DNA of 64,000 nucleotides, taken from IMG/VR virus record IMGVR_UViG_3300028914_000001, positions 349,489-413,488 of that record; one strand, 5' to 3'. The notes below the pieces were generated by a model. The model saw nothing but the letters and a program-made list of their open reading frames with translations. It had not been told where the DNA came from and made no database searches. This DNA is from a virus. Taxonomy: Duplodnaviria > Heunggongvirae > Uroviricota > Caudoviricetes. The position numbers and the translations under genes were made by a program. This document shows, piece after piece, positions 27,478 to 36,011 of this stretch (position 1 is the stretch's first letter; each line of letters starts with the position of its first letter).

Positions 27478-28275
27478 ATGGAAGAAAAAGTTCCTAACCT
27501 ATATGAGTTGAGCGAAATCCTGTGGAGCGCCTTCCGAGACATATATTTCGAGGAGGAAGGCCACCGTTATACCGATTCCGAGGGTAACGTGTACAAGTCT
27601 GTATCTACGGTCATCGAGGAGCATCATGACGAGTTCAATGAAAAAGAAGTCGCTCCCCACACGGCAGCGAAAATGACTAGGGAACTCAAGCGGGTCGTGA
27701 CTACGAAAGAAGTGCTGGACATGTGGCACGACAAGAACAACTACGGGAAGGATATCGGGCACGAGGTTCACAGCGTAATGGAAAACCTGTGGGCGAGAAA
27801 GTCCTATTTCCATAAGTTTAAAAAACGTTACAAGTACGACGATATCCAGGCTGATTTTGAAAGGCGTATACCAAAATGTAAAACTTTATTTTCAAAACTG
27901 GCTGAAAGGTATGTTCCCATCAGGACTGAGCTTCCTGTTTACGACAAGAAGCACCTCATTTGTGGAACCATGGATATCCTCTTATATGACAAGCAGACGG
28001 GAAAGCTTGTAATAGGTGACTGGAAAACGAATTCACACCTTGATTTTGAACCGAAGCCGTATACAACCCCGATGTATTCTCCGTTCGAAAACTTCTATGA
28101 CATAAACTATCATCACTACTGCATACAGCTTAGCATGTACAAGGCGATACTTGAACTGAATACACCCCTGAAAGTCGGGGCAATGTGGATATGCCACATT
28201 CCTGCCGAGGGGGAAGCCAAGCCGTATGGAATCATAGATGTGTCAGATGTAATCAAGAGGACTATACTCGCATGA
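27478..28275 (+). CDS. PD-(D/E)XK exonuclease (RecB/lambda-exonuclease-like)
   Basis: SVSTVI, GHEVH, CGTMDIL, IGDWKT, QLSMY. Confidence 0.85.
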   Translation: MEEKVPNLYELSEILWSAFRDIYFEEEGHRYTDSEGNVYKSVSTVIEEHHDEFNEKEVAPHTAAKMTRELKRVVTTKEVLDMWHDKNNYGKDIGHEVHSVMENLWARKSYFHKFKKRYKYDDIQADFERRIPKCKTLFSKLAERYVPIRTELPVYDKKHLICGTMDILLYDKQTGKLVIGDWKTNSHLDFEPKPYTTPMYSPFENFYDINYHHYCIQLSMYKAILELNTPLKVGAMWICHIPAEGEAKPYGIIDVSDVIKRTILA

Positions 28276-28757
28276 CTTTCGACGAAATAGACAGGATGCT
28301 GCTAGGATGCGGATTATCGAAAAACGTTGTAAAGACTTGGAAAGACTCCAAATCCAGCGCTTTCTATATCCCGTCCGCATGTAAATACGATGACGCAGCT
28401 TTCCTTGCTAAGATGTCGCAGACTTGTGTCGCCATGCTTACTGACACGACGCTTCGCCTATACCCGTTCTACTCTCCAGAGGAAATCAACAAGCTGTCGT
28501 TCACCGACAGTAGTTCCTTCCTCAGCAATATCAATTTTGACAAGCTTGATGATACCCCTCAGGCAAAAATTGTAGTTGAATTTTATGAAAAATATGCAAA
28601 TAACCCCATGTTGAACCGTGTAGACAACAAGGTAACGGTCAACTCAGTGTCAATCAACGACGTAAAGGCGGGTTTTAAAGTATTCGTTGTTGACATGCTT
28701 ACTATGCAGCGTAAACTTAGGCAAATGAAGGCTGACAGGATACTTGCGGACTTTTAA
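28272..28757 (+). CDS. Hypothetical protein
   Basis: ATGA overlap. Confidence 0.65.
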   Translation: MTFDEIDRMLLGCGLSKNVVKTWKDSKSSAFYIPSACKYDDAAFLAKMSQTCVAMLTDTTLRLYPFYSPEEINKLSFTDSSSFLSNINFDKLDDTPQAKIVVEFYEKYANNPMLNRVDNKVTVNSVSINDVKAGFKVFVVDMLTMQRKLRQMKADRILADF

Positions 28758-28774
28758 TTTTAGCCATTAGTTAT

Positions 28775-29158
28775 ATGAGTAAAAACGAAACAGAAAAACA
28801 ATATTCACCAATCGTAAAGGAAGAACCCTGGTTTCTTCAAGAGGCTCTAACCATAGGTCTTAAACTTCTTCATAAAAAGACAGAAGACTGTGCCCCCAAT
28901 GAGGTCGTGTATGTATTCATACACCGATTCGTAATAGTACGGATAAGGGTAAAGTTTGATAAGGCCAGCGGAATATTGAGCACTGGACATGTCGAACAGA
29001 TTGGCCGTTTGCATTACAAGGAAGGCGAATTTTCTTTCGATGCCCGTCCAAAGGATGGGTTGCTATTCGCCGTTCAAGACGAAAGGAATACAATCGACAG
29101 TTTTCTTTCTATTTTGAATGTGAAGTTGCTCGAACCCGAGGTAAATAATGTATTTTAA
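28775..29158 (+). CDS. Hypothetical protein
   Basis: 127 aa, operon. Confidence 0.6.
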   Translation: MSKNETEKQYSPIVKEEPWFLQEALTIGLKLLHKKTEDCAPNEVVYVFIHRFVIVRIRVKFDKASGILSTGHVEQIGRLHYKEGEFSFDARPKDGLLFAVQDERNTIDSFLSILNVKLLEPEVNNVF

Positions 29159-29191
29159 CTACGCTACGGCGTAACAACCCAGAGGTATTTT

Positions 29192-29746
29192 ATGCAGGAC
29201 CCGATTCTTGAATTTCTTAGTCAACTTCCAGGTGTAACCAAGGTGACCCCTATGGATTACCGCCAATACCGCCGCATGAACGCTGATTTGGCACAAAGGC
29301 GTGTAAACCCGGAAACCCCCAATGCCGCCACATCCAATCAGGAAATGGCGAATAAAATCAACGAGCTGTACAACGAACTCAACCAGAAGGAGAGGGACTT
29401 GGGTGAAACCCGCAAGGCGCTCAGAAGCTTGCAGGAAACCCTCCTTGATTTTCGTCGTCGTGCAGAACATGCTGAACAGGATGCTGCAACCGCCCGTAAA
29501 AGTTACAATGAGCTTTCCGCCGAGTATAACAAACTGCTCGATAGCCACCGTGCAGTGAAGGCCGCCCTCAGAGCCGCAAAGAACCAGACAGTCTACACGG
29601 CTTCCAACCATCCCCCTGTCGCAAGTGTCGACTTCGCCTTCCCTGGCACCAAGGATAAAACTGCGGTGTCCACCCCAGAGGTCGATGCAATCGACCTCCC
29701 GCTGTCAGCAGCAGAAAATATCATCGACACATTGCTGAGGGGATAA
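29192..29746 (+). CDS. Coiled-coil hypothetical protein
   Basis: GAGG RBS; heptad-like region. Confidence 0.7.
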   Translation: MQDPILEFLSQLPGVTKVTPMDYRQYRRMNADLAQRRVNPETPNAATSNQEMANKINELYNELNQKERDLGETRKALRSLQETLLDFRRRAEHAEQDAATARKSYNELSAEYNKLLDSHRAVKAALRAAKNQTVYTASNHPPVASVDFAFPGTKDKTAVSTPEVDAIDLPLSAAENIIDTLLRG

Positions 29747-30237
29747 TGGATATATCCAAGTTTCGTAACGAGGAAGGGATAATCACCACGGAGACCTACA
29801 ACAGGCTCTACAACGAGTACAAGGAAAAGTGCGACAAGATTATACCCCTTGGTGAAAAGTATGTCCTGAACAAGGCTGGGACCATCGGGGATGTAACACT
29901 CGCCGAAGGCGCCACCTTCGTAATCGAGCTTGCATACACTGTTGCATACACCCCGCAAATCAACAGGATTGACCTCGTGGTTTCGTTCGAAAATGGGGAG
30001 TGCGCCGTGTTCGATGACATCGACGAACTGCTCTCCGTTCTCAAGACGCTTGATTTTTCGGTTTACAAGAAGGAGCTTGTCGAAAAGCTCGACTTCCTCA
30101 GGGAAGAGACAATCAAGCTGTTCCGCATGATGCAGGCTAACGATGTCGAACTCCTTCTCGAACTGAAAGGGGTATTCCGCAAAATCGAAAAATATGCAGT
30201 TGACGCAGATTATTCAGTCAAGATAAAAGATAGGTAA
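29746..30237 (+). CDS. Hypothetical protein
   Basis: TAATG overlap. Confidence 0.7.
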   Translation: MDISKFRNEEGIITTETYNRLYNEYKEKCDKIIPLGEKYVLNKAGTIGDVTLAEGATFVIELAYTVAYTPQINRIDLVVSFENGECAVFDDIDELLSVLKTLDFSVYKKELVEKLDFLREETIKLFRMMQANDVELLLELKGVFRKIEKYAVDADYSVKIKDR

Positions 30238-30241
30238 CGCT

Positions 30242-30748
30242 ATGCTAGTTAATAAAATTTTGAAGCTTTGCAAGGATTGCGGGCTTGAGAATGACCCGGT
30301 GAAAGCCGCTGCTGACATGGGCACTTCCATGCCGATTAAGAACGGAAAGTGGAGTGAGAAGGTATTCTTCGACGGTGAATCCGGGTATGCCATGTGCCTT
30401 ACGGAGAAACATGTTCCAGCCAAGTATTATGACCGTGGCGGAAACGAAATACTCTACATGGACACGTTCACATCGGACAAGGAGGGTACATTCGTCAAGA
30501 ACCTGACGCTGTTCCTCCCGATGCTGAATCGAAGCGGAAAACTTGTGTTCGTGAAACGGGCCGTCGCATCTGAAATCTATCAAAAAGAATTGATTTTGAA
30601 TGGGCTCGAAGAATCGTTCATTCTCGGCGAGGACTCGTACGAATCTTTCGTTCCTGAAATTCAGGTTCCCGAATGCGAGGACGCCGTCGTCGATATCATC
30701 AAGAAATACATCACCAATGTCGCTGCCGTATGCCGCACTTTGGTATAA
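30242..30748 (+). CDS. Hypothetical protein
   Basis: 168 aa, operon. Confidence 0.7.
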   Translation: MLVNKILKLCKDCGLENDPVKAAADMGTSMPIKNGKWSEKVFFDGESGYAMCLTEKHVPAKYYDRGGNEILYMDTFTSDKEGTFVKNLTLFLPMLNRSGKLVFVKRAVASEIYQKELILNGLEESFILGEDSYESFVPEIQVPECEDAVVDIIKKYITNVAAVCRTLV

Positions 30749-30751
30749 ACT
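30744..30751 (+). promoter_or_regulatory. Putative late promoter TATAAACT
   Basis: 26 nt upstream of ATG 30777. Confidence 0.6.
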
Positions 30752-30776
30752 GTAGAAGAATTAACGAGGTCTATAT

Positions 30777-33704
30777 ATGAGAATGTATACCAAGCAAGAA
30801 ATGGCAGAAATCGAGGCCGAACTCGCCCACATGAAAACTGCTGCGTCAGACTCAAAATCACCCGTCGCTGTATTTATGCCGATTATAAATAGTTTCGACT
30901 GGGTACCAGTTCGTGAAGGCGAGACTAACACAATAGTTCTCGCATCAAATTACGGCGATGATATTGACAACGGTTGTATCATCTACAATCCTGAATTTAT
31001 TCACCAGTTGGCTATGGACGACGATACTGTTACGTTCTTTGCTATCATCGCAACGATGGGGCTTGGCGTAAAGTGCGGATACTATGATTATCGTAACGGC
31101 GATGGCGAAGCCCATACGAAGGCCGTGCAAATCATGATGGCCAATTCAGGCATTTTCAACACGCTAATGACTGGTAGTTCGGTCTTCAAGGAGAGGGTTG
31201 CTGCATTGCAGGCGTTGTATTCCAACCCGGCGACTATGCAGAAAGTCGAGGAAGTGTGCGAAAGCCTCGATAAAGAGCTTACTGACGATGACATGAACTT
31301 GGAAACAATCCGAAGATATATCATGCTGTACCAGCAGAATATCTCCGAACAGCTTCCTCCGGCATTTGGAGGAATGACTGCGCAAGATAATAAGCCGCAA
31401 CAAGGTCAGCAAGGACAGGGCCAAGGTCAGCAACAGCAGGGCCAAGGTCAGCAAGGGCAGTCTCAGGACCAACAAGGTCAAAACCAGCCAGGTCAGAGCA
31501 GTTCTAAAACGAAAAGCCAGTTAGGTGCGGCTCTTCAAAAGTATAAGCAATCCCAAGGTCAGCAAGGGCAGGGTCAAGGTCAGCAACAGCAGGGCCAAGG
31601 TCAGCAAGGACAGTCTCAGGGCCAGCAAGGTCAAAACCAGCAAGGTCAAGGCCAGTCGGGTGGACAACAGGATAACCCACAAGATATTGCAAACCAGGGT
31701 AAAACCGACAGTAAGAATGCAAATTCTGCTGCTAGAAAGTGTTCAAGGGTATGTGGAAACTCTGCTGAGGCTCAGGAGGCTGCATCTGAAATGCAAAGTG
31801 CGGCCAAGGAAATGAAGAGTGCGTCTGAAGAGTATGAACGGGCTGCCAATGAAGGAAAGCAGCAAGAAATGCAGAATGCTGCAAATAAGATGCAAGAGGC
31901 TTCAAGTAAAATGCAGCAGGCTGCACAGAAGATGAAGCAAGCAATGGAAAATGCTGGAGTGGACCCGTCCGACGATGACGATGCACAGGACATGCAGGAT
32001 GCTGTATCATCTGCACAGCAATCTGCACAGAAGGCAAGTGAAAATGCTAAACAGGGTTCCAACGGGCAACAGGGTTCTGATTCATCCGACGGTTCTGATG
32101 GTTCTGATGGTTCTGATGGTTCCGACGATTCTGACGATTTTGGTGGTTCTGACGGTTCTGATGGTTCCGACGATTCTGACGATTTTGGTGGTTCCGACGG
32201 TTCTGACGGTTCTGACGGTTCCGACGGTTCTGACGGTTCGGAGGGTTCCGATGGTTCCGACGGTTCTGACGGCTCTGAGGGTTATGGTGGTTCTGAGGGT
32301 TTTGGTGGTTCCGAGGGTTTTGGTGGTTCCGGCGGTTTTGGCAAATCGGGTGGTAAGCAAGGTCCAACAGTTGACCCTGGTCCTGGAACATCTGGCGGCA
32401 AGCAAGGCACAACAGTTGAGGTTGGCTATGGTAAAGGCAGTAACCAAGATTCAACAGGTGAGCAGGGTTTCGATGGTTCTGATGAAGACGGCGAAGACGA
32501 TAATAACTTCGTTGAACCGGGCCGTTCAGGCAATAAAGTTGACGTTGATAACATCCCCGAGGACAGCCAGAGTTCCAATTCAGGTGAGCTTGGCTCCCCA
32601 GAGATTGGTAGACTTGCAGGACAAGTCATCAATCTTTCTGGATTCAATAAAAACATCGCACAGTTCGCTAACGATACCAAGACATTCTCCCAGGTGAAGG
32701 AAACTGCTAATATGGCTAATTCCAAGGAAGAGTCTTCATTTATGTACAACCTGCAGAAAGTCCAGAACCTGATAAATTCAAACATCGAGCTCAAACGGAA
32801 AGATGGTAGCGAGGCTGAAAAAGAACAGATGGAAATCCTTAATAAGCTCAGTGATGACCTTAATCAAGGAGCAATCCAGTTCGATAAGGGCACGACGTAT
32901 AAAATTGCAGGTACACTTGTGCATCTTGCTAACAGCGCAAGTAGGGAAACTGACCAGGCTGGTGATGCTAGAAACCTTCGTGATGTATCTCATAGCGACC
33001 TTTTACCGACAAGATTTAACACGTATAACAAAACAATTCCAAGAGTCCTTGTCGCTATTGACGCATCATACTCTATGTGGAATAAGAAAAGCATTATTGT
33101 TGGTGCAACAGGCCTTCTTTCAAACATTGCCAACCACCTTCCGGGTAAAGCGATGATGTACTCATTCTGGGATGAAGCATGCGATATACCGTCGTTTTTC
33201 AATGCTAAGACGGCAGATAACATGAAGAAGAATCCGGGCAGTATTCAGGTTCAAGGAGTTCCTAGTCAGCAACTTGTATTGCATACATCTGTTGGTGGTG
33301 GCGGAACTAACGTATATAGCGTCGTTGACCGCTTGAGCCCGTATGTTTACCCAAATGAAACTGACAGTAACGGGGTTATGCTTCCTCCATCTCAGAGAAC
33401 TAAAAAGTATTCCCCGGATATGAAGAGCAAATATAAGTTGACATATGAAAATGACTACGACTTAATTATCATTTACAGCGACTTTGAGTTCTATGGAGAC
33501 GGTAGAATACCTTCGGATTTGGATTCGATAAAGCGTAGATTCGCTCCAATTAACTTGAAAAAACTGTGCTGTATATGCTGCTCTCAACGGGGAGAAAGCG
33601 ATACCCCAGTTATATTCAAAAAAAGTATAAGATATTGGGTTCCATTCACTATGTGGCAAAAAGAAATTGAAGCCTACGCAATGAGAGACTTGTATGGACA
33701 TTAG
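30777..33704 (+). CDS. Large DUF2201-like vWA protein with Q/G-rich, coiled-coil and GSD-repeat linker
   Basis: IIYNPEF N-domain; MIDAS AIDASYSM, GGGGTN, IIYSDF; FWDEACDIP parallels WWDCHCTLP of 18629-19945. Confidence 0.8.
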   Translation: MRMYTKQEMAEIEAELAHMKTAASDSKSPVAVFMPIINSFDWVPVREGETNTIVLASNYGDDIDNGCIIYNPEFIHQLAMDDDTVTFFAIIATMGLGVKCGYYDYRNGDGEAHTKAVQIMMANSGIFNTLMTGSSVFKERVAALQALYSNPATMQKVEEVCESLDKELTDDDMNLETIRRYIMLYQQNISEQLPPAFGGMTAQDNKPQQGQQGQGQGQQQQGQGQQGQSQDQQGQNQPGQSSSKTKSQLGAALQKYKQSQGQQGQGQGQQQQGQGQQGQSQGQQGQNQQGQGQSGGQQDNPQDIANQGKTDSKNANSAARKCSRVCGNSAEAQEAASEMQSAAKEMKSASEEYERAANEGKQQEMQNAANKMQEASSKMQQAAQKMKQAMENAGVDPSDDDDAQDMQDAVSSAQQSAQKASENAKQGSNGQQGSDSSDGSDGSDGSDGSDDSDDFGGSDGSDGSDDSDDFGGSDGSDGSDGSDGSDGSEGSDGSDGSDGSEGYGGSEGFGGSEGFGGSGGFGKSGGKQGPTVDPGPGTSGGKQGTTVEVGYGKGSNQDSTGEQGFDGSDEDGEDDNNFVEPGRSGNKVDVDNIPEDSQSSNSGELGSPEIGRLAGQVINLSGFNKNIAQFANDTKTFSQVKETANMANSKEESSFMYNLQKVQNLINSNIELKRKDGSEAEKEQMEILNKLSDDLNQGAIQFDKGTTYKIAGTLVHLANSASRETDQAGDARNLRDVSHSDLLPTRFNTYNKTIPRVLVAIDASYSMWNKKSIIVGATGLLSNIANHLPGKAMMYSFWDEACDIPSFFNAKTADNMKKNPGSIQVQGVPSQQLVLHTSVGGGGTNVYSVVDRLSPYVYPNETDSNGVMLPPSQRTKKYSPDMKSKYKLTYENDYDLIIIYSDFEFYGDGRIPSDLDSIKRRFAPINLKKLCCICCSQRGESDTPVIFKKSIRYWVPFTMWQKEIEAYAMRDLYGH
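31401..31650 (+). repeat. Duplicated ~88-bp block encoding QGQQGQGQGQQQQ repeats (starts 31401 and 31554)
   Basis: Near-identical direct repeats. Confidence 0.85.
32073..32340 (+). repeat. 9-bp-unit tandem repeat GGTTCYGAY encoding (GSD)n / GSEGF
   Basis: Visible tandem array. Confidence 0.9.
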
Positions 33705-33727
33705 TAATCGATAAATTCATATGAAAA

Positions 33728-33759
33728 TAAATCCCGCCCTCAATGAGGACGGGATTTTT
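33728..33759. terminator. Bidirectional intrinsic terminator
   Basis: AAATCCCG-CCCTC-AAT-GAGG-ACGGGATTTTT. Confidence 0.75.
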
Positions 33760-33782
33760 GTATGGAGTCAATATTATTCCAC

Positions 33783-35204
33783 TTACGCTTCACGATTCTG
33801 TATTCGAATCTGCTTGGCAAACTGATTCCGTGTAAGTCTGATTGCAGTCTCGCATGGAGTGTTCTTTAAGTGCAACTTGTGGGACATATCCAGCATTTCA
33901 CCAAGAAGTGGAGACGGCTTTACACCAAGCTTCATGAAATCGGATGCTGTTGCCTCTGGACGCTTCATGAGTTCACGGTACTTGTTCAACCTGTCGGCAA
34001 GGACTTCATCGTACTTGGAGTAGTCTAGCTTAACACCTCGACCGAAGTGGTCTGCCTTGGCAAGCAACAACAGGTCTTCCGCATGTTTCGTCTGGTCGAA
34101 CATGTGGTTGAATGCGTAGTCCGTCGCATCGTTCCCGACATACATGTTCGGACGCATATGCAGAAGTACGAGGTTCTGAACATACGAACGAATCTCGTTG
34201 GAAAGTCTGAGACGGTCCATGAACGCATCGACAAGGGGTTTCGCCGCCTGGTCGTGACCGTATGCTACGAGTTTCTGCTTCGCTTCGTTGAAGAACGTCG
34301 TAGTTGCCTTCCCGTAGTCATGACAAAGAGCTGCCAACATGAATGCGTAAGGATTTTCAGCACGGTCTCTCAACTTTGCTGCTTCATCAATTACGAGCAT
34401 GGTGTGTTCAAATGCGTTGCCTTCTGGATGGTGAGCTGGCCATTGCGGGGTCTCGATGAGTGCCGCAAGTTCCGGGAACCAGAAATGGAGGGCGTCCATT
34501 TCAAGAAGCTTCCTGAAAAACACCGACGGCTTGTCTGATTTCATCAGGGCCTTGTGCATTTCGGATTCAACTCGTTCACCAGACAGGTCCATAAGCTTCT
34601 CGGAGATTGAGCGGGAGAGGGCGATTGTCTCGGGTGCGATGTCAAAATCGAATCTTGCTGCGAACTGTGCGGCACGGAAAACACGGAGTGCATCCTCGAC
34701 ATAAGTCTCGTCGCAAACATGACGGATAACCTTGTTTGCAAGGTCGTCACAACCGTGGTGGCAATCCACGATTTCGTCAGCTTCCACATCGTACATGAGG
34801 GAGTTGATGGTGAAGTCCCTTCGACGGCTTGCCTCGTCTACACCCATGAACGGGTCGACTGATACGGCAAAGTCGGTGTGCTTGCTACCGATGCAGTGTT
34901 CCTTGCGGGGCATTGCGATATCGAAGTCGTAACCCTTGATACCGTACACGCCGAAAGAGGAGCCCTTCTTCAATGCGGGGCTACCGCTTACCACTAAAAG
35001 GATTTTCTCGATTGTTGCGGCATCGAGGCCGTGAATCTCGAAGTCGATGTCCTTGTTTTCCTTCCCGATGATTGCGTCACGGACAAAACCGCCGACGATA
35101 TACGTCTTTCCGCCAGCAGATGAAACCGCACTGACAAGTTTCATCATGCAGGAGACGTTTCTATCATCATTGTTTTGGTCAAAGTATTTCTTTATGGATG
35201 TCAT
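33783..35204 (-). CDS. cca: Class II CCA-adding tRNA nucleotidyltransferase with HD phosphohydrolase domain
   Basis: VGGFVRD...KDIDFE, RRDFTINSL, EDALR; HHPEG...EHT, LCHDYGK, GHD. Confidence 0.9.
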   Translation of the reverse strand: MTSIKKYFDQNNDDRNVSCMMKLVSAVSSAGGKTYIVGGFVRDAIIGKENKDIDFEIHGLDAATIEKILLVVSGSPALKKGSSFGVYGIKGYDFDIAMPRKEHCIGSKHTDFAVSVDPFMGVDEASRRRDFTINSLMYDVEADEIVDCHHGCDDLANKVIRHVCDETYVEDALRVFRAAQFAARFDFDIAPETIALSRSISEKLMDLSGERVESEMHKALMKSDKPSVFFRKLLEMDALHFWFPELAALIETPQWPAHHPEGNAFEHTMLVIDEAAKLRDRAENPYAFMLAALCHDYGKATTTFFNEAKQKLVAYGHDQAAKPLVDAFMDRLRLSNEIRSYVQNLVLLHMRPNMYVGNDATDYAFNHMFDQTKHAEDLLLLAKADHFGRGVKLDYSKYDEVLADRLNKYRELMKRPEATASDFMKLGVKPSPLLGEMLDMSHKLHLKNTPCETAIRLTRNQFAKQIRIQNREA

Positions 35205-35890
35205 TTTTCTAATCCTGTAAGTTGTGCGATTTCAGGTTCGTTTCCGTTTTGGTCGGCATTCCCCATGAGGCACTTGATTCCGAGGTCACGGAGACGGGAT
35301 TCTGCGTAGGCGTTGACCTCGGTCTTGGCCTTTACCACGATTTTGCCCATTTCCTCCATGAAGCGGGTACGGAGGAATTCCAGGTTCGCTACGCTGTTTT
35401 GACGGAACCACTTCATGTTTTGGAGGAGTTCCTTCATCTGTGTCTTGGACATGGGCTTCCCGCTGTCGATTGCGTCGGACAGCTGCTTCTCGAAGCGCTT
35501 TATGCCGTCGGAGAACTCGTCGAAGTGTTCGTTCGTCGCTTCGAGATAGCTGTCGGCTACGCTTTCCTCTTCGGGTCTGGACATGCTCTTGCCGCCCACC
35601 CTGGTGATGGTGCAGGGCACGCCTTCCGACTGGCCTCCGCAAGTGAGGAACTCTGCCCACTGCAACGGTGTCATTTCGACCTCGATGTACGGACGGTTGT
35701 CTGGCAAGATGCTGGTGTCTGCAGCATCGCCGTGACGAATCACATGTGCCCTGTCGATTCGGATGCAGACCGAGTGGCTTGTCTTGATGGCCGAACCGAA
35801 CATTGGCTGCGGGGCCCCGAAATACGGGCGGCTCCACGATATGGTTCCCATGTAGTCCTTCTGGGGCAATTCTTCAAAGTTTTTGCTCAT
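35201..35890 (-). CDS. Conserved phage hypothetical protein
   Basis: MFGSAI...YIEVEMTPLQWAEFLT...GVPCTI; first gene after promoter. Confidence 0.7.
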   Translation of the reverse strand: MSKNFEELPQKDYMGTISWSRPYFGAPQPMFGSAIKTSHSVCIRIDRAHVIRHGDAADTSILPDNRPYIEVEMTPLQWAEFLTCGGQSEGVPCTITRVGGKSMSRPEEESVADSYLEATNEHFDEFSDGIKRFEKQLSDAIDSGKPMSKTQMKELLQNMKWFRQNSVANLEFLRTRFMEEMGKIVVKAKTEVNAYAESRLRDLGIKCLMGNADQNGNEPEIAQLTGLEK

Positions 35891-35916
35891 GATTGATTCC
35901 TTATCTTTATGTGTAT

Positions 35917-35945
35917 AATATAAATAATTAAATCATTGTTGTCAA
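35917..35945 (-). promoter_or_regulatory. Sigma70-like promoter TTGACA-N17-TATATT
   Basis: Exact motif on the - strand. Confidence 0.8.
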
Positions 35946-35966
35946 GGCATTTTTTTGATAAATATG

Positions 35967-35990
35967 AAAAAAGCCCCAAATTTGGGGCTT
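35967..35990 (-). terminator. Intrinsic terminator
   Basis: AAGCCCCAAATTTGGGGCTT palindrome with T-tail on the - strand. Confidence 0.75.
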
Positions 35991-36011
35991 AAATTAAATT
36001 GATTTGTATAT

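Noticed and set aside
32073-32340. Tandem array considered as a CRISPR array
   Set aside because: 9-bp coding units with no unique spacers; no cas genes in the window
31951-32697. Long alternative-frame and antisense ORFs with QNRRNH, VLMVPT and RTVGT repeats
   Set aside because: Shadows of the 9-bp GSD tandem repeat; no RBS or promoter support
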